DNA of 62,652 bases, filler included, from Sphacelaria rigidula (Eukaryota): assembly GCA_964200075.2 (NCBI GenBank). It is 10 parts of 10 records of this genome, joined end to end, with 100 filler letters (N's around TTAATTAATTAA, not from the genome) between each part and the next. Parts side by side here need not be neighbours in the genome. Positions count along the whole stretch, not along the records: positions 18,829 to 25,003 come from CAXNAA020021731.1; positions 25,104 to 31,278 come from CAXNAA020021732.1; positions 31,379 to 37,553 come from CAXNAA020021733.1; 7 more parts are not named here. One strand, 5' to 3'. The position numbers and the translations under genes were made by a program. The stretch's first letter is position 1. The number at the start of each line of letters is the position of its first letter. This document shows positions 24,419 to 37,307 of the stretch, piece after piece. The notes under the pieces were generated by a model. It ran no database searches and was not told the DNA's origin. It saw nothing but the letters and a program-made list of their open reading frames with translations.

Positions 24419-25176
24419 TGTTTCTCTCTATCTGTGTGTGTTTGAGTGCGTGTTTGGGTGTGGGTGTGGGTGTGGGTGTGGGTGTGGGTGTGGGTGTGGG
24501 TATTCTAGTCATGCTTCTCTCCATTTCCCTGGGGCAAGACATGACTCTATCTGATATTGAGCCAACCCCCCGCCCCCCGTATATGGCCGATGTTTTGGTA
24601 TTGCGGAGTGCATCAGCACTCCTGCACCAGGTCGTCTTGCCTTCATTTGCCCACCACGTTGTCACGTTTCCGACCGGAAATGAGATACTCCGCGGAAACA
24701 ATAACGTGTCTACCGGGATTCAAATCCCCAACCTCAGCCTGGCTGCATAATAGATGCAGTATGGGTAGATTTTACAGTTGAATAGTGTCAATATCAATTG
24801 GACCACCGGGGCCAGGCGGTGAATGATTCCTGCCAGCAATACAACATGTATGTGCTGATCGGCGGTTCGAGTGTACCCTAGATTGTTGATTCAACGCACG
24901 GGGGCATCTATCTCGTCAGGACTTTGAAAGAAGTGTTCCATGTATACTTCCTCTGTCCCATAAGTCTGTATCGCTATGTTTGTACGAGCCCTTAACGATG
25001 TCCNNNNNNNNNNNNNNNNNNNNNNNNNNNNNNNNNNNNNNNNNNNNTTAATTAATTAANNNNNNNNNNNNNNNNNNNNNNNNNNNNNNNNNNNNNNNNN
25101 NNNAGGATATCTGACACACTTATGAGCCTCTTTTTTCGTGCGACCGAATACCCCCCCCCCTATCGTAGGATGACTC

Positions 25177-25515
25177 CTCAGTTGATAACCTCGAAACCTT
25201 GTGACGGTTGGGTCGTGGGTTCGAATCTCGGTGCAGTCACACGACCTGATATTTTTTCATCACACAATGCCCGACAGTGGAGAGCGACTCTGTCGTGGGT
25301 ACACAAATTCGACTCAACGGTCGTCGACGGAAAGGGACTGCTGAACCCCTCTTGCGATAAAAAAAGGCGAGCACCGCAGAAGGTGAAGTACTGAAATAAA
25401 CGTGAAAAGAAAAACTCCCATGTTGGCCTTCCTCCTGTGTGACCCCGGCTGATGCGCCCACATATACCGAAAGGTGTAGACTGGCGTCAAGAATAGATGG
25501 GATTACTACACAGAC
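25177..25515 (+). mobile_element. tRNA-derived SINE, 5' end interrupted by a MITE
   Basis: CTCAGTTGATAACCTCGAAACC...GGTTCGAATCTCGG plus the same body. The MITE end (…GGATGACTC) abuts box A. Confidence 0.85.
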
Positions 25516-27739
25516 ACACCCCAGGTACGCGAAATAGCGCAAAACTTGCCCAGAATATTTTTGCCCGCGATCAACCTACCGTTTCTCCCTTTCGAGGAAT
25601 TAGGCCTCAGAAGTCGTCGATTTGGTTATTTGAACCAGCGATGATTAGTCGGACCCTTGTGAGAGTGGTCCTTTTCACTACATGCTGCTACGGAAAACCC
25701 ACACACTACATGCTGGCTTTCACAAGAATGAGCATAAAAGTTGTGTTGAACATTCCCATCCGACCACATGTGTCGACGACCTTCGATCCCGTTGCCCCCC
25801 CCCCCCCCGGTTTTCCACGCCTTGCATACAAAGTTGCTTGACCATGCAATCGTTCGCTTTTTTTGTGGTGTCGTTTGTTTCGCCTTCACCCCCTCCCACG
25901 ACTGCTTCTATTCGTCATCATGTTTTGCTGCCCTGGGATAGCTGGCTGTGGGAATGGTTGAAGCCTTCCTGTGCATCTCCCAAGGGGGTGAGTCTGTTTG
26001 CGGAGCGTGCTTTGGTATCCTATCACGTGTTGCGCCCCCCCCTCACACCCTCGTACTGATGGAAGATGGATTCCGCGATAGCCCCCCCTCTAAACCAGCC
26101 CCCAAAATGCCGGGAAGAAAATGGACATGCGCATGATAGCTGGTTGCAGACTGCATGGAGCACCTCATATGAGCGACGGTGATGGCATACCCTCAAGCAT
26201 GGGATTTCCCAGCCGCTCGGTGTGCTCAGCTTTTGTCATTTCGATTCGCATGTACATCTTGCCTCCTCAAAACCTGCCACTTCGGGGAGGGGGGGGGGAG
26301 CTATCGCAGCATAAGTCGGGAGCACAGTAGTACCTTGGGTTCACTTCGGTAATGATGCCATGCAGTATCAAAGAATGCGGTGCCTCTCCCTTCCAACCCT
26401 TCCTCCTTGCCTCTGGTACATCAGGAGCGCCCGCGGTAACCTCGACTCCGGTCCTTCAACGCCGGCAAATCAGACTCTTGTCCTTCAACCGCAGTAACCC
26501 CGACGCTGTAGCTGAGCACCTCCTTTCTGCGAGAATTGCTCCCAACGATACCATGTAACCTATCCCGTGGTCCTCAAGTTCTGATGATGTATTTGTTTAT
26601 CCGTAGCAGCGATCTCTCGCATGTTTCTAGTGGTTGATGACGGGGCGAACTGTGACATGTGGCGTCGCGCCAAATGTAGCATTGCAATGTCGCAACCCTG
26701 TACATAAAAACCATGTTCATGTATAAAAGAATCCGCAAGTGATAGCAGCACCCCGCGCCGAAATTCTGTCCAAACTGATTTGCTCGAGGTTGCAATACCT
26801 GCATTTCTGAACGATCCATTACCACCGCATGGCGTGGCCGGACGGCGCGGCCATCACCTTTCCCGCAAAACTCACCGCTGAAGATGCTGTCATCTGAGAG
26901 TGTCGTACTCCTTCGCCCACGATAACATGAAAGGGCTTCAGGGCAGTCAGCACTTGACTACGGGCAAGATTCATATTTTGTGCAATCGCAACCGAATACG
27001 AAAAATATAACACAAAGGTCGCCTACGAAAACGAACCCACCCTTCACCTGCATCGTGCATGCACTTTCCAGCAATAGGCCTACGGCGCACTCTACCCCAG
27101 CAGCAGCGGGTCAAACCCCGACTAAGATATTCCACTGTGAAGATCGCGGGTCGTGGCGATACAATGTGCGGAGATGCATTGTGCAGGGGAGGCTCACGTA
27201 ACCGTGCAAGTTGGTGGAAGCAACGGGGTCGGCGTACACGTTTGGAGCCGTTGGGGACAACTGCGGAGTCTATGTCCTCGCCGGTGACGGCCCAAGGGAA
27301 CTCTACGGTGTCTGCAAAGGTGATGAGTTCGGGCAAAACCGTGTTTGAGGTTTCCCATTGAGCATCAATCAGCGTGTACTATGTTGTGAAGTACTGTCAA
27401 CAAGGTTCGCACGGCGTTTGTTGCGATGAGAAAAGTCTACCTTTCGTGCTAGGATTGCAGCTCTTGCGGACTAGACGACTTCTGAAAATCGGCCCTTGTG
27501 GAGGAAGATACTCTGACTACAATGTAAGGGCCGTATAATCGGCGATGACGCTTGATCGACCCAGGATGTTTCCACGTTGTCCGTTACATCTAGTTTTAGC
27601 AACATCAAGCACAGGATTGTCGTAGATGGCGAACTATCTCTTGAGAAAAAGTGAATCGTACGTACTCACCCAAACAATTCTGCACCCGAAGATGGTCGAG
27701 CGCGAGGATATGGTCAAGTGTGTAGATTTTGAGCGATTG

Positions 27740-30103
27740 CGAGCTGGGCTCGCCAACATACGTGTGTCGGGAAGAAGGGTGACGCGGGGCTGATGTGGGG
27801 AGTTAAGCGCTTGCATTTTGTCGCGACGTTTTGGTCATCAAGTGCGAAGCATAGTACGGGATACGAAGAAAAGAAAAAATGAAAGTTACGGCAATTCGAA
27901 ATTCTAGCATAAAACAAAAAACAGCCGTATGCCGCAACACCAATCTTTACTTGCGCACAGAAGATCCTGGTGAAGTGTTGGCTAAAAACTCGTGAAATTG
28001 GGCCGCGCGTGGAACTTTTTGTGCGACACTGCTGCACCCCGGTGGTCCAACTGATGAAGGATCCTCCAGTTACACATGTCACGAGTCCGAATGCCGAATG
28101 CCCACACGACCATTTTTCCCCCATCATTTGGAAGATTTTTTTTTCCTAACTGTCAGAATGAACGGTCACCGATTGGATCGAGGAAAATTGTTGCAACCCA
28201 GTCCGTGTTGGGTACTTGTGCCTGTGCTCGTTCTATGTGTCAGTTGGCTCGGAAATCCTCTCCCATGATGGAGTTGCTGACGAGCGTAATGCCATCTCGC
28301 AGCATTCCCAGTGCACTGTTGACTGTGTATCAAAGTTGTCATACCTAATTCCGCCGCGTTTCATAGGAGAAGAAACTCAGAACACGATATCACGCCACAA
28401 TATGAGACGTACCCGGTACTCACTGCAGCGTGATCGCCAAAACTGCGCCAATCGAGCAACGGCGGAGTCGTATGTTACCAGGTAGGTCTGCAGTTTACTG
28501 CGATGTGCTTGAATCGAGCCGATTTACAGGCTGGTCCACGGAAAAGACGAAAAAAAACTCATCGGCAAAACTTTACGCCGTTTTGAGGAGTTAGACCCTG
28601 ATCTTTTGCATAAGCGTTCTAAGGATCATTACGCAACTTTCCAAGGTCGAGGTGTTTTTACTCTTCGACTTTTTTCACCGTTTTTCGGGGGTCCTAGATT
28701 TTTCGGGGAAGCTTCGATCCAGTCGAACCCCCATAAAACGGTAACAAGAAAAATCGAAAAACCTCGTTCATCTACAGTTGCGTAATTACCCATAGAACAC
28801 CTGTGCAAAATTTCAGGGTCTAACCCCTTGGAACGGCGCGAAGTTTTCCGCGCTTGTGCGATGAATCTTGCCGTGCCACGGTGAAACCGCAAACTAGTAG
28901 GTTTTACTATACAGACAGCGTTTTTAGGCCTCCTTTGACGGAAACATGGAAATTCGAGCATTAGGCTATCGAGTTTGTCCACGAAACTGTGTGGGGCTCT
29001 TCCTTGGGTTTCGCGGCGACAGGACACTTGCAAAAAAATTGAAAAAAATGATTGTAGTGCCGGTTTTTCGGGGTCCCAAAATGGACGACTTTCGAAAAAA
29101 CGACTTGGATCCTGTCGGACCCCCGAAAAACGGCAAAAACATCAAGAAGTAGAAAAACCTTGTTGATCGAAACTTGTGTCATGATTCATAGCACATTTGT
29201 GCAAAGTTTCAGGATCTAACTCCTGATAACTGCGTTAAGGTTTGCGCGTTTGTGCGAGGATGTGAGCTTAAAACGTGCAAATTCCTAACTACCTGGTTTT
29301 AGTATGAACACTTTTTTGGGTGAATTTTACCTCATGGCAAGGAAAGCTGTATGAGATTTCCGAGTTTTTCCATCAAACTGTGTACATGTGTTCCCTGAAC
29401 TATCCCGAGACGCATCATGTTCCTCTTTCTTTTGAGGCATTCTGTACCGCCTTCCGGGGGTCTTCGTACTGGGACCCCAGGAAGCCGGTAGAGACCGGAG
29501 AAAATTTGTAATCTTGACAAGAACGCAACTTTTCTATTTGGAGCATCAATATCTGCGGAACTGCCAAGTTTGAGGATGGTTTGAGCTTTTCTACAACATT
29601 TGTAAGGGAAATCGTCACGAGGCTCTCTGAGTCTTTTGTACGTATCATGAGTGGAAATTAGACGAGGCCAAAGTCCACATCACCGAAACATTACGGTTTT
29701 GGGTATAATTCGACCCCGTTGGAATGGTTTTCAAACCTGTTTCTCCCGGTAGATTCCTGAAATGATGGCAGTCACTACGATGTGAAGCACGTGGAGATTC
29801 GGTGGAAATTGGGCTTGGAATTCGTATTTTTAATTTCAGAACAGTTTGAACGGCGCTGATCGATCGAGACATATTTTTGTCCATAGCGCTACCGCTATAG
29901 CCTTGAACAAAAATCCGGCTATGCCACCCTCTTCGTCTGTCCACTGCGGTCAGTATGATACCATGTATGCGACTACTGGGTGCGTATTGCAGAAGACATA
30001 TGCTGATGACAGAATTTGGATCATCTGCGTGAACCAGCCTGTAGGAAAGTGAAGAAGTTGTGGTATGCCCACGGTCTCGACATTTTTCGGCCGGCCCAGC
30101 TCG
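27740..30103. mobile_element. Older TIR element family with CGAGCTGGGCC termini, hosting the 1.5-kb element; other termini at 6570, 46489 and 53340
   Basis: Left end CGAGCTGGGCTCGCC, right end GGCCGGCCCAGCTCG|TA. The same TA-flanked terminus occurs in three other contigs. Internal part 27930-28120 is homologous (inverted) to 45485-45650. Confidence 0.65.
28527..30041. mobile_element. 1.5-kb non-autonomous Tc1/mariner-type element
   Basis: TA|CAGGCTGGTCCACG ... CGTGAACCAGCCTG|TA (TIRs plus TA duplication). Colinear with 43929-45412. Internal inverted sub-repeats, no transposase ORF. Confidence 0.88.
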
Positions 30104-30397
30104 TAGTCGTGCAGGAAATATGTCCCGCCGAATGCAATCACGGCAAGGCAAATCGGTTGGTGATCAATATAGGGAACTGTATCCGATGATACCCAGGGGT
30201 TCCGTTATTTTTTCTGGGTATCCCAGGGTATGTCAGACATGGACTCGATGAAAATCGGAAATACGGGGTATCTTGGTTCACGTGGAATATTCCGACGTGC
30301 TCATACCCGTATCTCTCTGCACCCTGGCCATGTTTGCGATGCTATCATCCCTGGATCAATTGACTTTGAGAAGGTTTCGTTGACCACGGGGGATCAG

Positions 30398-30584
30398 GAA
30401 ATATCTGTGGCGGGTTCGATGAAGGGGACTGGGCCGAGCGACGACGGCGGCAGCAGCAGCGGGGAGGTAGGCGCCAGGCGGAGGCAAAGCTTGCTGAAAA
30501 CGCTGTGGCAGTTTTCGAGGCCGCACACAATGATTGGGACGGCGATAGCAATCCCGGCCATGGGTGCCTTCGCTGCTCCACCAG
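30398..30584 (+). CDS. HPT: Homogentisate phytyltransferase-like (UbiA family, tocopherol synthesis) exon; possible upstream transit-peptide exon at ~27078-27319
   Basis: LLKTLWQFSRPHTMIGTAIAIP matches the HPT/VTE2 motif FSRPHT.IGT (HST has FLRPHTIRGT). Donor CAG|GTGTGT at 30584. The acceptor and the upstream exon are inferred from phase only. Confidence 0.8.
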
Positions 30585-31202
30585 GTGTGTGCATGTAGAT
30601 ACTGTATACGTCTCATGTGTGTGTTCCTCATGTATCGCGTGTGTTCGTTGTGTTTTTGCTGCGTCATGCGTGTCGTGTGCTTGTTTGCGAGTATCCTCGT
30701 GTGTTGGTTGGCGTCGCCTGAGTATATCGCTTGGTAGCGTTCGTACGTTCCGCGTTAGCATGTTCCAAGACTCCATTGTGTGTTTCCGTGTGCGCAACAC
30801 TAGCTTTTTTGTGATGCTGGTGGCCCGACTTGCGGCGTCCGGCACGCGAGTTCCCCGGGGGGTGGTCTTACTCAAATTGCTCAGTCATGGTGCGTGTGTT
30901 GGTATTGTAAGTGCGTCCATGCAGTCGCTCGCCTCTCTTGAGCTGTTGGTCGCCTTCATGGGTTGGCGTGTTACGCGACGTATGAGCAGTAGGGGGTAGT
31001 GTATCGCGACATAGTCCATCACACGTGAGCGTATTTGCGCACTCGTTTCGGTGGTACCCCGCTGTGTGTCTGTGTGTCTGTGTGTGTCTGTATGTGTGAC
31101 ACTTGCCTCTCGCGACGCTGCTGTCCGTAGGCCTTGACCTTCCTTGCACCTAAAATCATGTACAATATGCGCTCATACACGAATCAAGATAAGGCGGTGC
31201 TA

Positions 31203-31266
<64 letters not shown>

Positions 31267-31415
31267 TCCGCACATTAGNNNNNNNNNNNNNNNNNNNNNN
31301 NNNNNNNNNNNNNNNNNNNNNNTTAATTAATTAANNNNNNNNNNNNNNNNNNNNNNNNNNNNNNNNNNNNNNNNNNNNCAAGCAGAGAGGGGGGGAGAGG
31401 GTGGGCGAACAGGGT

Positions 31416-31447
<32 letters not shown>

Positions 31448-32329
31448 GTACTCATATTATGCATGCCATTACATTTATTTGACCAGCAGCTTCGCACCCC
31501 TACAAAGCCGGGACGAGCACACCGGGTTCTCGCCGGATCAGGCTCGCACTTAATCACCAAGCGCGAAGCGCTGTGGTGTGTTCGGCGAGTCGCATGAAGG
31601 GTGGGCTGCATCCTGCCGACATTGTTTGGCCCGAAGCCTACTGAATATCTTGCATTTGAAACCGAGTACTTTGCATTTGGATGACAGCCTCTAATGAGTT
31701 GCTTCATTTTCTGGGATTGTCACTTCCAGAGACAGCCACGGCTCACCACATGAACACTGGGAATATGATCGGTCGGTGAACAGATCAGATGATGCTCGGA
31801 TATTTTTGTACACGCATCCAATCCACACACAACACTAGATTCAGACCGTTTGTCACCTCCCTCACCCATCGCCCCACCCCCCCACACATTCCGCCTAAGG
31901 TCTCCTACACTACATCGCAGCAGGAACACGATCGTACAACTCCCACAACCATACTTCAAATCAAGGTAAAAGTCAATATAGCAAGAAAATCAAATACCCT
32001 CCCTACCTAGAAGAGGCAAGCACCGCAGAAGAAAGGTGGAGAACCAAAACAAACTCGAGAAAAAATCTCGTGCGTTACCCCTCCTGCCGTGTGACCCCGG
32101 CTGGTTCGCCCAGATATACCGAAAGGTGTGGATCGGCATCCAGAAAAGATGGAACGACAACCAACACATACCTTAATCCGATTTCTTCTGTTGTAAGCCT
32201 TTTCCCCTGTGCTATTTGGTGGGAACGTGAAGTTTGGGATCTATTTGGAGTCTTTTTTTATACTCATCGAGATTTACGAACAATACTTACAGATTACGGT
32301 TACCTACCCCTAAAATCTTCTCCGCTCAC

Positions 32330-35300
32330 CTCGGTCAACACAGCCTCGAGCCCGTCGCCGCTCCATGGGATGGACGGCACCTTGGCGGTCTGCGCCAGGA
32401 TGTTAGCAGCGATCTTATCGCCCAGCACGGCCATCACAGGAGCAGTGGGACCGATGAACTTGATCCCCTCAGCCGTCAGGCGTGTGGGCAACTGAGGGTT
32501 CTCGGATGCGTGACCCCACCCCGGCCAAACTGCGTCCACGCCCTGTCGTGAAGATGCCATGGTGGAGGGAGGCAAGAGCGGCGAGTGGAGAAGGGAGGAG
32601 AAAAGAAAATGGGTTAATCCAGGAATCACGGATTTTCCAACACAGGTGGTGACGAAACACACTTCTCATATGCGACATTCGGCGACAACAGCAGGGATTC
32701 TTGTAACATCCGTCAGAACCACCACACCGCGTCCACGGCCTCTCATGTCGAAAGACACCACGATGGAAGTACAGTAAGGGATAACAACCGTGGTCATCAT
32801 CTACATGATGAACGTACCCGAGAAAAAACAGACCTTAAGCACTCTCTGAAGAAAAACGAAGAAATAGATGAGGAAAAAGAAAAAATACGAGCAATAGAGT
32901 GGACCAAGACACAAAAAAATGCCTGGCCTCCCCCGCATGGCTTCGGTGGAAAAGGTTTTGCGCAGAACCAGACTCGAACCCAGTCGCGAAAAAAACAAGA
33001 GGCCGTGGGGAAAAGATCGCGGCTTTCTACTTTGTACGACCGCACGATTTGGATATGAAACTTACCGCGTGAAGTATAGGCTTATTGCAACTAATGTCCG
33101 ATTACTATCTTAACCTTTGACTACACACTGTCCAGGGTGTGTAATCCGACAATAGTTGCGATAGTCTTATACATTACGCAGCACATTTTTCTACTTCAGC
33201 TTTTGACCACGTATTGTACCAAAAAAGGTGTTGTTGAGTCACTATGACAGTAGTGCATCTCACTGAAACAAAGGACGACATCGCCCGCCCCGATCTGCTC
33301 ACACCACAGACATGGCGTACAGCAGGGATCAAGGACCTCCTTCAAGACAGGGAGTGCATACTCATTGGACACTGACTAATACAGCAAATGGCATGACTGC
33401 AGGCACATCACCGTGGCCATAACAGGAACAATTCTCAAGCGCAAAGTATTTTTCGGGTACAGTAGTAACCCCAAAGGTCAAAACGAAGTCATACCTCTCG
33501 GTGACCGACAACTGATCTTCAATACATGGGCGTAGTACCACACCGATGAAGACATTCAACACAACGGAAAACGGACGCCACATCCCGCTTCCCTCCAACA
33601 CTAAACATGTTCTCTCGACTACATAACAAAGGATTTCCCACGGTCACTTACTTTTACCTCAACTTCAGATTCCTCACACTGTGCGCGCATCATATTTTCC
33701 CCACCTTCTCAGAGGGACTAGAGAGGCACCGTAGGTAAGGTACCGTGCCGAGCGTACCCCCGGTATTTACCGGGGTATCCCATACCGCGGTATGCGTAAG
33801 TATCGTAGGTGTGTGCTTCGAAAATACCGGATTGAGCAGGTACGGTAGGTATTGAAATCTCGAAATACCGTTGTATGCGTAGGTGTCGTAGGTATGAGTT
33901 TTGAAAATACCGGATTGGACCGGTATCGGTACGGTATGTGATGTCCCAAATACCGGTACCGGGTGCCTACCTTACCTATCGTAGGCACAAGTGCGCTGTC
34001 GTGTTAGTGGCATGCTAGTTTTTTGCAAGGAGTACGAGCAAAAGCTCAACACGAGTATCCTGTACCTGCTTAATAGCGGTTTCAACGATGAGGTCCACGT
34101 TGGCGTAGTTGTTGCGGTTGGATCCCCCCGGAACCTGCAGTCAAACATCACCACCAAAATGGGCGGCAAAAAAAAAGCAAATAAGGACACAAAAAACCAC
34201 ACACAAAAAGAGCAAGACAAAGCGAAGACAGATCGCACAGTTACCACAGAATAAGCATCAAGCAATTCGAAAAGAAAAACATCAAGAATCATTGCGGGTC
34301 GATTTGAAAATCTCCGAATTTCAACCAACTACAGCGGACCACAACGCACAACATTTAGCACATACAAGAAAATGAAGATCGACATCCTCGCACGGAGAAA
34401 ATGAGACTTCCGAGTACGCCGACCAAAAATAGAGCAGGGTGCATCGACTTACCTCAACAATGGCATCAGCTAGGCGGATGAACTCCGCGTTGGCAAGAAG
34501 ATCCTGGATCATGACAAAACGAACAGGGTGAGAAGACGAGAAATAAAAAGCACCACGAACAAAACCGTGAGCAGGAGTCAACTCGAACGAGTATGACGAA
34601 AAGCGACTCGCACAGCGAATATGCTGATCGCATGCTCAATAACAACGTGCAAGGGACGTGGCGAGGGGCAGAGATGGGTTAATCTCTTCAGGCTTCGGGG
34701 TCATGCCGAACAGAGAGGGTGGGGTGTAAAAATAATGAATAATGGCAAAAATAAGTCGTAGGACTACGACCACCACGGGAGTCTCGAAAAAGGTCTTACT
34801 TTATCCTTGCCTTCCCAGGGGTAAAGGTTAGAGCAGGAACAGAGACTTGCTTTCTGAAGAAATATATCAAGGAGCGCGACATAGGCGAGAGGGGATAGTT
34901 CGAGTAAAATTACGGGAAAATTCCGACGGTACATCCCGGTACAGTGCAATGGACGAACCTCAGGAGTTGCCATGGCCACGAACTCGACAGCTTTTTCGTC
35001 GCCCAGCTCCAGGTAGGACCACTGCCGCATGGAGAGGATGGCTTTGGTGCCGGCCATACCGTTGTTAGCGATCAGAATCTGCACGCCGTTAGCAAGAACA
35101 GGAAAATATATCGACGCGAAATCAAGACAGCACTTGACGAATCAACAAAATAAATACAAGATAATTTCATTGATTGCACCAGCAACTGATGCCCTGCGAG
35201 TTCAGCCGCTGTCGCGACATAGACGGTACGCAAGGTCAGCATGAGATAGACACAAACCGAGACAGACCAAGAGGGACAGAGACCCTACTGTATATATCAA

Positions 35301-37307
35301 AAACAAGCACACATCGGACAGCTCACGAGCTACCCAAAATGACTAAACATGTGACAGTCGGGTCCGAGAAGTCAAAGCGCTACCTTTGTGCTACTCCCCG
35401 TGCTTCGGCGTCCAGCGCTGTAGGGAGCAAATGTGGAAAAAAGTGGTCAAGTGAGCTAGCTCATGATCTCCAGATCTGTACTCGAGTGAGGACTGATAGT
35501 CAGGTAGAGCTCGTGAGGTGCCCGATGAGCTATACCACAAAATATCACTAATGTTGGACGGCCGTTTCTAAACTTCGAATATAGCAGTCGGAATTGAATA
35601 AAAAATAGTACATACACGGAACAAAGCATGAACCGGAAAAGCTTGAAAAAAGTCTTCATTGATCGACACGGACGCGATTCAGCCCGTAAAAGACAACCCT
35701 CCATTTGCAGAGACTCACTCAAAAACCTGTTTTTCAGGTCGGGGGGTAACGTCAAGTGTTCAAGTCACCAAGGACGACAATTACGAGTAGTAGTAGTGAC
35801 GGACGTGTTCGCATACCCATACCCGAACAACCCAGCAACCCCCCAATCTTCTTGACTTTCTTTCGACAGGCCGGTGGCACCACAAGTAACCAGGGCACAC
35901 AGAAATCTTGGAGGAAAACCTCTATCCTGACTTACCCCCATGAAAATCAGTACTTCTGGAGGGTGTGTTGGGTATGGTATTTCCTACATTATTGAGATCG
36001 TACTCGACAGTAAGAATGGATGTTATGGCAAACATTTTTTTGGCCCACGGATTGTTCTCTGTTGGGACATTTGAGTCACTTGTTGACCCCCAAACAGGGA
36101 AAATCGCCAACACACGTTCTGGACACTTTGCATCACCCCACAGAGAGGAGCCTGGTCTGCTTTTCAGATTCGCTTGGTTCCGAGGTTTCGAGTTGGCCGC
36201 TGAACAAAAATTCGTGCGCAAAAATCTGTGCTTGCCAACCCCCGCCAGTTTGGCCAAACGAACACGAATTTTTGTTCAGCGGCCAACTCGAAACCTCGGA
36301 GCGAAGCGAATCTGAAAAGCAGACTAGGCTCCTCTCTGTGGGGTGATGCAAAGTGTCCAACACGTGTGTTGGCGATTTTCCCTGTTTGAGTGTAAAACAG
36401 TGGCTCAAATGCCTCAAAAGTGAATAATCTGTGGGCCAAAAACCTGTTTGCCGTAACATCAGACCCTAGGACGACTATTACGAGTACAGTTGTAGTAGTG
36501 AAGGATATGTTTGCATACCCATACCCGTACAACCCAGCAAACCCCCAATCTTCTGGACTTTTCTTCGACAGGCAGGTGACACCACAAGTTTCCAGAGCAC
36601 ACGAAAATCTTGGAGGGAAATTGGTACGCTGACTTACCCCATGATAATCAGTACTTTTCAAGGGTGTGTTGGATGGAGTATTTCCTACATTCGAATATTT
36701 TGAAAAATCATACTCTCGAGTACCTAAAGCTTGAGTAATTTTTCGAGATCGTACTCAACAACAGTGATACCCAGATATTGAGCAGCGTATCGCGATCGCA
36801 GTTTACATCACCCAATATTTTGGTCAAGAGTTTGGAGATCGAACCATGGCAACACAAGATGAGAGAGTAAATACCCGGGTATTTTACTACACATCCAACA
36901 CATCCTTGGTACTTTTTCGCGCAGCAACTGCAGGTACCGACGGAATACTCGGTACCTTGGGGGCGGACAAAAAATCTTTTGTGTACCTGGTGGGGCGTTG
37001 TATCCTATGCTCGGGGCATCATTGCTATGCTTCCTTACCTTCCGGATGGGCCGAGACCCGCCCCGGCTCTTGATGTACTCCCCCATCTTATCCTGCTTGG
37101 AAGTGCCCACCACTCCGGCGGTCTCAGCCATCGCCACCGACTTGAGCCCTTGCACTCCATCCGTGCGAGTCTTCTCGCTAGCTCGAGCGGGAAAAGCAGC
37201 AGTGGGAGTCGAGACGGAGGACGAGGGCGTCGCGGCAAAGTCCGACGCTTGAGAAGCTCCCCTCACCCTGGAAGATGCACCCTTGATGAACGCGCTCGGC
37301 ACAAACG
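32330..37307 (-). CDS. ACC1: Plastid homomeric acetyl-CoA carboxylase, transit peptide plus biotin carboxylase N-terminus; exons 37039-37307, 34959-35078, 34453-34503, 34066-34134, 32330-32542
   Basis: Five GT-AG exons in frame: FVPSAF...[36 protein letters not shown]...[52 protein letters not shown]...[23 protein letters not shown]. Confidence 0.96.
33719..33985. mobile_element. Small GGTA/TACC-rich MITE-like element in an ACC intron
   Basis: Inverted ends GTAGGTAAGGTA / TACCTTACCTAT, many internal TACCG/CGGTA motifs and an internal duplication of GAAAATACCGGATTG. Confidence 0.55.
36019..36460. repeat. 442-bp near-perfect palindrome (foldback/MITE-like) between two ~240-290 bp direct repeats (35771-36008, 36468-36757)
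   Basis: Arms 36019-36216 and 36263-36460 are reverse complements. The ORF track shows near-identical translations on opposite strands. Confidence 0.9.

Noticed and set aside
19031..37307. Apparent prenylquinone/lipid cluster (COQ9, HPT, ACCase)
   Set aside because: Three separate contigs with no physical linkage shown.
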